Shown one piece after another: positions 51,101-61,800 of a stretch of DNA of 64,000 nucleotides. Both the position numbers and the translations under genes were made by a program. The notes under the pieces were generated by a model. That model did not search any database and was not told the origin of the DNA. It saw only the letters and a list, made by a program, of their open reading frames with translations. The stretch comes from Macrostomum lignano (lineage: Eukaryota): assembly GCA_002269645.1 (NCBI GenBank), contig NIVC01000553.1, positions 27,373 to 91,372 on the forward strand. The letters are read 5' to 3'. How positions within the stretch are numbered: the first letter of the stretch is position 1; each line of letters starts with the position of its first letter.

Positions 51101-54100
51101 AAATCTGATACAACAGTTGATGTTGGCGCCAGATCTGATACAATAGTTGATTTTGGCACCAAATCTGATACAATAGTTGATTTTAGCGCTAAATCTGATA
51201 CAATAGTTGATGTTGGCGCCAGATCTGATACAATAGTTGATGTTGGCGCCAGATCTGATACAATAGTTGATTTTGGCGCCAAATCTGATACAATAGTTGA
51301 TTTTGGCACCAAATCTGATACAATAGTTTATGTTGGCGCCAGATCTGATACAATAGTTGATTTTGGCGCCAAATCTGATACAATAAGTAATTCATTGCAG
51401 TTCCTATAATACAGTATACAGTATATACCAGTGCAATAAATATTTTCATTGCTCACATATTCCTGCCTATTCGAAGGCACAGCAACACGCTGAAATACGC
51501 TGCCAGCAGTGTGACCGGCTCCATAGGCACGTTTAGCAGGTATACCCGATGCATCGATTGCTCCAGTGCCATTCTCTGAATCATGAATAGCTGCGCCGCG
51601 CCTGTTGTGGTGAAAAACATGAATAAATTAACAGTATAAATCCAATATAAGCAGCTATATTTACAATGAAAAGTTTATATGAAATGGGAAAAAATAAATA
51701 AGAAATTAGTAAAAAACATTCAAAATTTAAAAGTAAAACTCAAAACATTAATATTCAAGTCTCCGAAGCTTTAATGTTCAACTTAGTTTATGAAACAATG
51801 AAATACGAGTATAAGTCAATGTAAAAATTATAAAAAAATTAATATATTTAAAATGCTAAATTCTAATGGAATGATTTATGAATATACTAAAAATGTATAA
51901 ACTAAAACACAACTTAGGATTTTTTGAAACCCACAATAAGTGACAAAACTAGATATAAACTCAGAGAGCTTCAGTAACATTTTAAGAAACAGGAGCCAGT
52001 GCATACCCTGGCATACTTTAAGTGACAAGTTCACACAACTAGCAAGAGGAATTGCTGCCCATTCTGCAAATCCCCAGAGTAAGCACACAAGTACTCAGAT
52101 ATGTATGTAGCCATGGACACAGACACACACACTCATAAAAAGTGTACAGTGCCTCCTACTTTATTTGTCATTAAGTACACTTCATTATACTTTAGGGGTT
52201 AGCCTTCAGATGCTATTAATTACACAATTAGACCCAAGCCAAGTTTCAAATTAAGCCCCAAATGACATGAAATTCAGCCAGGACTGCCAGCACATGAAAG
52301 CACTTATGCTAGCCTACTTAGCTATGTCTTAATTTTAGTAACTTAAAAAATGTACATATACTAACAATATCATGCTTTTATCTGCAAAAAAATGATTTTT
52401 AATGTCTAACTGATATTATTAGTTATCAAAAGTCAAAAAGATCAAATTTACCTTAATAATATATACATTCACATTGGTAAATTGTATATTATATATTCAA
52501 ATGTCAATTATTGATTGTTTTAATAGAGCTAGTTCTACACTTTTATTTTTATAAATATTTTTTAAAGATATTTTTTTAAATGCATAACATAAAAATTGCT
52601 ATTAATCAAATTTGTTGCTGTTTCCCAATTGTCTTATAAAAATGTTAATCAATTTGTAAAATATGAGGGGTGTCCCAAAAGTTCCTAGAATGTTTGCTCA
52701 AGCTTCTTAGTACATTGACCAATTTTTGTTTTGTGTCAAACTAAAGATAATTTATCAATGAAAAAACTTGTCCTTTGAATTTCTTTTTTATCTGATTTTG
52801 GTTATGAGTTTTACCAAGAAATTTGAATTTGTTTTCTACAGTTGAGGAAGCAATTTGATATATCTTTTCAAACAGCAAATGATAGTAGAACATGAATATA
52901 TTTTTATCAAAGTGCATAAATTGTAGATGTCTCAGTTTGTTATTTATTAATTACTTTTTCAAGTCATTTTTGCACTTAATGATTTCAAATATTTCTATAT
53001 ACAGGTACAAAAAGTATTGAATTTTTTAGATTGAATAAAAATGCAAGTAATTTTAAAGTATTTTTTAAATTTCTATGCATATCAGTACAGATTATTAAGC
53101 TTGATTACTGCAGAGAGCAGAGGGAATTACTTATTCACTGCAGTCACTTATTTTATCAAGTAATTTAATAATCTTTTATTATGTCTTATATTATATTTTA
53201 TACCAATACATTATTTTGCTTGTAATTTTTTGTAGTTTTAAAAAAATAAAAAATGAAAATTTTGATGAAAGTTGAATGACAAGAAAATAATATTTTACAA
53301 AAAAAATTAAAATTAAAAAATAAATTTTGATTTTTTGCAATCTTGCAAATGTTTTGTTAGATTGAATATCATATTTTGTTTTATTTTTTCATTTTTGTTA
53401 TATGATTGTCTATCAAATTGAGATTGAGACTTGAAAGTCTATGAGACTATGAGACCTCTAATCATTATTTAGTTATTCTATTTATAATAAAATGCTGCGG
53501 GCCACTGCTCTTTTATCAGTGAATCTCTGGATCCTACAAATAAGTAGAACTAGTAAAGATATTGAATAAAAGTTGGCATACAAGCAACTTTATTCTTGGC
53601 ATAAATTTCATTCCAGTGTATGCCTACCATGATGATCATGATCTAGACTATGGGGAAATACCATTGTATTTGAATTTTGAATATATATCAGTATATGTCA
53701 CCTTTTGAACTATGGGGTCCCTATTGCATTTGGTATATAATCAAGATACATACAAGGGTCCCTAAAAATTGGTGCATATTCATGCCATATACAAGGCCAA
53801 GGGCCCAAGGGGTCCACAGTCCCATAATAATTTCCTACCAAGATTCCATAGCTGGGAAGGTGGCAGTTTTTGGTGAATTTTCCGGCGCAAATTGGACCTT
53901 TCTTTGGCACACATAGCCCATAGTCTGGATCATGTTGTTTACGCCGGAGATCTCTGGTGTAAATCTGGTTTGGGATCGGAGGCTGGCGTAAGTGCTTGGC
54001 GTAAGTATAGGCCAAAATGTGCCTTGGCGTAAGTGCTTGGCGTAAGTACATGGCATAAATCAAGTGGCGTAAATGTTGGCACAAATGAGATCATTCACGA

Positions 54101-55121
54101 TTAAATGTATCACTATAGAACATTACACATTTGCGTTAATTATGTTAGTTAAAGAGCAGCATTAAAACAAAGTTCATTAAAATATTGCAGTTCATATACA
54201 TGAGATAGCAGAATATCTATTGTAGGATAGCAAACGTTTTTTAGCTTCAAGATGCTTATTTTGATTCTTGATTCAGAATTTGCAACTTGTGAGATTTTTA
54301 AACAGTTGCAACTTCTGAATTTAATTAATCACCAATTAATTGTGAATCATCTATTCTATTCTATTCTATTCTATCCACAAGAATTGTGAGTGACCTTTTT
54401 TGGGTGGTGTAAGTCAGAGGGACCTTTTTTGGTTGGCGTAAGTCTGGCATAAGTGCCAAAAAATGTTGGATTTTTCCTCCGGCATAAGTCCAGCATGATC
54501 CGGACTATGGCACACAGCATACAAGGAAAAATTGAAAATGCTCTGGCGGCGCACATGGCGCATGGCGCTGAAAAAATATATAGTTACAATTCATTATACT
54601 TTGCAAAATACATAGTGTCAGGCCTAATTCCATAATTCGTAAAATAAAATGTTATACTATCAAAGAGTACTAAATTATGTAAATCATGATATAAAATACA
54701 TAAATGAAATTCAAATTTGTCTACTGTAAATTCAAATTTGTTTACCAGTGAATTATTAATTCACTGGTGCAGCACAAAATCTTTTCTTCACGGCGCACAG
54801 CGCACCCGCACAGTGCTCAAAAGCCATCAAAATAGTTCCGGCGCACACTGTGCCACCTTCCTAACTATGGCCAAGATTTGCCTATTAAGATTTGCCTGAT
54901 AAGGTATGACTTAAATATTAATAAACAAAGAACACAAAATGAAAAACAAATAAGTAAACGGCTCAAATTCTAGAGTTATCAATAATATCTTACTTTCTAT
55001 CTTGCAGCTTCTTTTTGGATTGACCATGTAACTTTTCTAATGACTCTGTTGCTTCTTTAAACTTTGATCTTGCATCAGCAAGATTTGACTGAATCTGTTG
55101 AAGAAGATTTTCTGACATCAT
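48056..55121 (-). CDS. PNN: Pinin (about 354 aa); exons 55121-54994, 51601-51457, 49405-49067, 48508-48056
   Basis: N-terminus MMSENLLQQIQSNLADARSKFKEATESLEKLHG, then the Pinin/SDK/memA core RNRRMFGVMLGTLKQF...HRREVEQRIEE...RLYYRP. Phases 2,0,0 are consistent. Exons 1 and 2 are absent from the ORF track and were found by hand. Confidence 0.88.
48690..48920. repeat. Degenerate repeat, Pinin intron 3
   Basis: Recurring AAYTGAGGTCAAGAA(A)CAA..GGGGTC. Confidence 0.75.
49515..51390. repeat. 30-bp minisatellite filling Pinin intron 2
   Basis: Unit TTTTGGCGCCAAATCTGATACAATAGTTGA, with higher-order variant blocks. Confidence 0.95.
51985..52290 (-). mobile_element. Old, diverged SINE family B copy in a Pinin intron
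   Basis: Collinear but degenerate match to family B (ACCCTGGCA..ACAACTAGCAAGAGG..GCTGCCCATT..TGTACAGTG..GCCCCAAAT). Confidence 0.65.
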
Positions 55122-55823
55122 TTATTCAAGCAGTATGAACAAAGAATGAATATGTAGGCCTATTAAGAAGAGAATATAAATTTAAGATGTGATGATTGTT
55201 GGTTGTTAATGCAATTTATTTGCTATATATAAACAAACAAAAGGTCCAGGACGAATTTAATACTCTAAAAAGTATAGCAATTTCGTCTGATGACTTGTCC
55301 TACGAGGTGAAAAATAAACTAATTTATTTGCAACAAACGGCACACGTTAGAAAGAATGAGTAAGAGAAGAACTTGTGCTTTCCAGGAAAATTGCAACTAT
55401 TTAATAAAAATCAAAAATCAAATTACACCTATATTTGTTAACATTTATAACGCAAAGGTTAAACTAAAATCATACACGTACTGCAAAATGTGTAGGTAAA
55501 TATATGGCAAGATTTTGTTTTTAGAAACAGCCTCATTTTCACAAAAATATCTGCTTAAAGCTAATAAGTTGAGTATACTTTTATTTAATTTTAGCAACTG
55601 GCCGAGAATTCTTGATACGAAGTAAAGCCGCAGCTACTATAGCGTTTGTAATCTACTGATTCTATAGTTTTAGTCTTATATTTTTGGACTAAGACAGTCT
55701 TGCTGTGTTTTAAATACGGAGCCCTAAGGCTGAAAGAATTTTTAAAACTTATCAATTGCTTTTGTTGACAAAACTAGGCCTACAGCATAGGCTAGTGGAA
55801 TTGAGCCTTGAGGCTTAGCTAAC
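55122..55823. promoter_or_regulatory. Putative bidirectional promoter region between Pinin and DNAJC8
   Basis: About 700 bp between divergent ATGs. Inferred from geometry only; no core motif identified. Confidence 0.45.
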
Positions 55824-58800
55824 ATGGCCGAATCTCAACCAGTTTCTGAGTCATTTCAGAAGTTTTATGAAGAGGTAAGCAGTTTTTACTTCTATATTAG
55901 CCTACCTATTACCTAGCCACTTTTAATTTTGAGTTTTAGGTATGCCTAAGTGGCCTAGACTAGACCAGATTGCCAATGATGTAGGCCATATTTTCTGAGC
56001 ATATTGAATAAAAAGTTTTATCATGATCCCCAAAGTTTCATGCACCTAATTGTTACCATTCTCTCGCTGTCGCATTTTATCTCAACAACGTCTATGACTC
56101 AATAAAGCTATAAATTTGAATGCAATAAAGCTATAAAATAAATTTATTTCAGTTTAAAAAGTAAAAACATAATATAGAAGCACAAATTATCTATGTATAG
56201 CCTTCTCTTTAATAAAATTATTTGTTAAAATTTTAATTACAATTGCAACTTTGAACTCAAATAAAAATAGTAAAAAAGCTTTTGTAATAAGCTATATTTA
56301 TTAACTTTGAATTTCCTATATTAATTAGTAAATTTTAATGCTGTAATATTTTCAACAATTTTCTTAATGGTTTTTTTGTTTATTACTTTGTTACTATTGA
56401 CAATGTATACTTTATAAAGTTTGTTTGCAATAAATACTATATTCAATATAAGTTTAACATTAAAACAATTAAATGTATACAAATTCCTATAAGGATTGAA
56501 AATCACATTTTACCTAGCTTCTATATAATATAAGCAATTCAAAAAATATTTTTTTGTCTGCATACATGCTATGTCCTATGATAAAACATGTTTATGGCAA
56601 AATTAAAAAACATGGGATAAAATGGTGAAACAAATCTGCGGACTTTCAATGGTAGGTAATGTATATAAAAAAGCTTTTTTGAAAGACAGATAAGTCTTTA
56701 CAAAATACTTTTGGATAAAAAAACTATTGTTTTCATGCTTTATATTGCTCAATATATATATAAGGAAAAAACTACAAAAAGCATTTTAAAAGTCTAAGTT
56801 GAAATTCAGAATTTTTTGTTTAACTTTTTTAATAATAAACAATTAATTTTAAGACTTTTAGATTACAGAGAAGTCTAATTTTTCAATACTTACGAAACAA
56901 AAAGTAATCTGTGTTTTACTTTTTATTTTATATTTTATGCCAGCAAACATCTTTCTCTAAAAGTAAATATACCACTTATTCCTTGTTGCAAAATTATCTT
57001 TAAGTTGTTTTTTTTCATTTAAATATCAACTTGCATAGTATTAGTGTATGTAATATGCCTATATTTAGACTTAAAAATTTCAAGTAAAAAATTGCATCAC
57101 AAAATGTGAACCTGGCATCCAAATCAAATGTTTCCTGTAGGCTTATGAGGTGACAAAGAACAATAAAATTACACTTAAATATGTATTATTGCGGCATGTA
57201 CTCGGGAAAAAGGGATTTTCCAAATTGCTTCAATAGAGGCTAAGTAAAAAGTAATTTTCTGATCCTTACGGGAATTTATATGCTTTTAATAAACTTATGG
57301 TTAAGACAATATTGCAAACAAACTCTACAAAATACATGTTGTCAATAGTAACGAAAGTGATAAACAAATAAACCCTTAAAAAGAATGTTAAATATTTTGT
57401 AGCATTATCATACATGCGCAACAGTTGGCTGAGTCGGCCGATCTGGCCGACCGATTTGGCAACCAACCAAGGAAGTCACAAAAATGCCCACCCAAAAAAT
57501 ACCAAAGTCGTAGTACTAAGTAGCTAACAAGGCATTTTGACTAAATAAGACAGTCATAGTTACTCCTGCCGTTTACCCAAAGTTGCGTTAAGAGTTTTTC
57601 TATCATTTTTATTATAGTCATTTTAGGTCGTAATTAAATGTACCATTTTAACAAATTATTTTATAAAAAATAAGGCCATACATGAATAATTTGTGCTTTT
57701 AAAGATCTTTCTAACTTTTTAAAACTTAAATCAATTTATTTTATAGCTTTTTTGCTTTTAAATCACCAAAAAATGAATGTTCAAAAAAACTTGCCCCCTA
57801 TTTTTGGATTTTGCCTTGTGTAATTTCATTGTTCTTTGTCGCTTAATAAGCATATAGGAAGCGTTTGATTTGAAGCCAGGTAACACATAGGAATTCCTAT
57901 TAGGATTGGAAAATCTCTACCTATAAAAATCAATTGAATTATATTTAGCTTCTACTAAAGCAATTCAAAAAATTCTTTTTTCTTGCAAAAATACACTTTT
58001 TAGTGCAATTGTGTGGCATTTTAATGCTTATTAAGCTCAAAAATAACAGTTAAAATAGAAGCTGGACAACATATTTGTAGTATCATTTTTTGACCAAAAA
58101 TTGCAAATCCTAAATATCAGCCCTTTAGGACCACTTATACCATACAAGTTGATATTTAAATATAAAAAGACATTCTAAAGTTTTTATTGCAAAAAGATTT
58201 GGGCAATATACTTACTTCTGGAGAGAGATATTTTGTTGCAAAAGTAGCTTGTAGGATTAGTTTAGTCAGTTTTGAAAGTTTGTATGGTTTAGAAAAATTG
58301 AAATTTCTCTTGAAATCCTTTTAAAAAATCAAAAAATAAAACAACACTTAAATGTCCTGTGCATCAAATAAAGCAAAAATCAGTGTCTTTTACAAGCTCA
58401 CAACTTTATATTTTATTTTTATCTTAGAAAAAATTGAACAAAAAATTGCAAAAACCTAAACATGGACTTTAAAAAAAATTTCTTTGTGGCTTTTCTTCAT
58501 GAAATTTAGTTTGGTAAGGCATAAAAACAACAAATTTATATCAACTCTTTTTAAAGACTTACCTGCCTTTTAAAATGCATTTTTGATACATAGCCTTGCA
58601 TTGAAAGTTTGGAAATTTGTTATAATACCATTATATCCCACATTTTTGGGTTTTGCCATATAGAAAACTTGACCTTAAAGACCTTTAGTAGTATACGATA
58701 TTGTCTAGTACCCTAGTAAGGACTCTAGTGAGATTTTAAAGTTTAAAAATTTTTTAGGATATTTATCTGATAGTAGACAATAACAGAATTACCAAAAAAG

Positions 58801-61800
58801 CCTTAGTTATTATTTTGGTTTAGTGATAAACAAGTTATAGCATTATTTGTCCAAAAAATAGATAGGAAAAAGACATTACAGACATTACACCCCATAAGCA
58901 ATGGGGTGGAGCGTGAGCTAAGAGTACTGTGAGCAGAGCCATGCCTATTTTTCTCTCTCTCTCCCTTTGTTATGTACTTGGCACTTTTGAAATTCTACCA
59001 GACTGTTTTGACCCACCTTTGGACTGTACAGTTTGTTTTGCTTAAATATATTGGTGCTGAAAATTAAGGTTATTTGAATTTGCCCTGATGACATCTTGTG
59101 TTTGACAAAACGCATTGGCTAGAAAGAAAAATTTTATTTTATGTTTTTGTTGACATTTATTTTGTTAGATTTACCTACTATTTGTTAGACGAGCTACACT
59201 TCTACTTTTTGACAAAAATGCAACTTACATGTAAAAGAAACCCTAAAGCAAAATTAACACAATTTTGGATAAATGGCAAAATTAACTAACTTTATTATTA
59301 AAGCTAAATGCTTCATCATCTAATTAATAGTACATCTATATTCTTTGAGGTGGACATTTTGTCCACATTTTTACCCTTGGTTCACCACAATTTATGATGG
59401 CCAGGTTGGCCAGCAGTTGAGCATGTATGCTTTCTAGCATCTAGACTACTATGCATGTATAATACTAATAAGTCTAATATTCATATATTTTTTAACAAAT
59501 ACAAGTCTAATACATATGAATATATTGTGACTACTGCCCTTTTGAATTTTGCCTTTTGATTTTCACCTTTTTAATGTGTTGCCCTTTTGATCTATAGTCT
59601 TATTCTAGCATATATGCCTAGACTTCTAGACTAGATAATATAGTTAGTGCTGCCACAGCTGTGCAAATTTGAATGTTCTGCACAAATGTGCAAATACTGT
59701 GCAAGACCCTCAATTTCTGCCCAAATCAGACTTTTTGGATTGTTGACAAACTGGCAGTAGCAAAATGTTCAATTCCGCTTCAAATGATAATACATTGATA
59801 CTTCACTTGTCAGTTATGGCTACTCTTTGCAACTGAATTTCTTCATTTGTTTCTTCATTTTACTAACAACAATCAGCTTAGGTTTTTACCTGCGCAAAAA
59901 AAATAATTTTGTTGTGAGTGGCAGCACTGGATGTAGCTAAATTTTGATCAAAAACTTTTGAAAACATATATGCTCATATTAAAAGCTAAATTGATAATTT
60001 TATGCAACTTACAAAGAAAATAAAAAATAAGACAATAAATAAAAATTTCTAAAAAATAGATGCTTTTTGTTTTTGAGAAATTATATTTTAAAAAGGTTGG
60101 TATAAAAACAAGCAAAAAACTGAATTTTCATTTTGGTATACTCTTGCAATGTCAATGATCTAGAACATTATATGTCAATTTGTCAAATCTGAAAATTCTG
60201 TATGCCAACCAAGATTCTCGGTAAGGAGCAACAAAAAAATTAAAATTTTCTAGCATAGACCCTATATAGATGGCTTATATATACTTATATATACTACTTA
60301 TTCCAACATGTGCTAGTATTTTGTTGGTGTAGGTTGTTTCCTTTAAATGTTAATATGATACAAAAAAACTGCTTTCACCTTTATAAACCTTATCAATGAA
60401 TTTACAGGTGAAACAAATTGAACACCGTGATGCAGTTCTCACCCCTAAGCAGCAAATTGATCGGCTCAATCGGCCTGGCAGTAGTTATTTCAATCTCAAT
60501 CCATTTGATGTGCTTCAGGTAGATACAATTATCTTTCTTAAATGCCTACTTTATCCATAATGGCTAATCCTTCGTCTTAAAATAATAATTTGTTTGATTC
60601 TCGAATATTTGGGTATTGCCTTAAGCTGCAGGGAATTGCAGGGAATCCTCATTAAGCTCCATTAAGGGGATTGCTGAGATGTCAGGCTTATGGGGATAGC
60701 TGAGATGTCAGGCTTATGGGGGATTGCTGAGATGTCAGGCTTATGGGGGATTGCTGAGATGTCAGGCTTATGGGGGATTGCTGAGATGTCAGGCTTATGG
60801 GGGATTGCTGAGATGTCAGGCTTATGGGGGGATTGCTGAGATGTCAGGCTTATGGGGGATTGCTGAGATGTCAGGCTTATGGGGGATTGCTAAGGTGTCA
60901 AGAATTATGGGGGGATTGCTGAGATGTCAGGCTTATGGGGGGATTGCTGAGATGTCAGGCTTATGGGGGGATTGCTGAGATGTCAGGCTTATGGGGGGAT
61001 TGCTGAGATGTCAGGCTTATGGAGGGATTGCTGAGATGTCAAGGCTTGGAGGGATTGCTGAGATGTCAAGACTTGGAGGGATTGCTGAGATGTCAAGGCT
61101 TGGAGGGATTGCTGAGATGTCAAGACTTGGAGGGATTGCTGAGATGTCAAGACTTGGAGGGATTGCTGAGATGTCAAGGCTTGGGGGATTGCTGAGATGT
61201 CAAGGCTTGGAGGGATTGCTGAGATGTCAAGGCTTGGAGGGATTGCTGAGATGTCAAGACTTGGAGGGATTGCTGAGATGTCAAGGCTTGGAGGGATTGC
61301 TGAGATGTCAAGACTTGGGGGGATTGCTGAGATGTCAAGGCTTGGAGGGATTGCTGAGATGTCAAGACTTGGAGGGATTGCTGAGATGTCAAGACTTGGA
61401 GGGATTGCTGAGATGTCAAGACTTGGAGGGATTGCTGAGATGTCAAGACTTGGAGGGATTGCTGAGATGTCAAGACTTGGAGGGATTGCTGAGATGTCAA
61501 GACTTGGAGGGATTGCTGAGATGTCAAGACTTGGAGGGATTGCTAAGATGTCAAGACTTGGAGGGATTGCTGAGATGTCAAGACTTGGAGGGATTGCTGA
61601 GATGTCAAGACTTGGAGGGATTGCTGAGATGTCAAGACTTGGAGGGATTGCTGAGATGTCAAGACTTGGAGGGATTGCTGAGATGTCAAGCTTGGAGGGA
61701 TTGCTGAGATGTCAAGACTTGGAGGGATTGCTGAGATGTCAAGACTTGGAGGGATTGCTGAGATGTCAAGACTTGGAGGGATTGCTGAGATGTCAAGACT

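Noticed and set aside
49856-51409. 517-aa ORF of GAKSDTIVDF repeats (and the antisense ORFs)
   Set aside because: It is a by-product of a 30-bp unit divisible by 3. It has no ATG start, lies inside Pinin intron 2, and several frames are open at once.
57433-57451. GC hairpin GTCGGCC-GATCT-GGCCGAC, and a similar CCCCCCC-GAA-GGGGGGG near 62139-62156
   Set aside because: These are isolated short stems, with no Helitron CTRR end or other supporting element structure visible.
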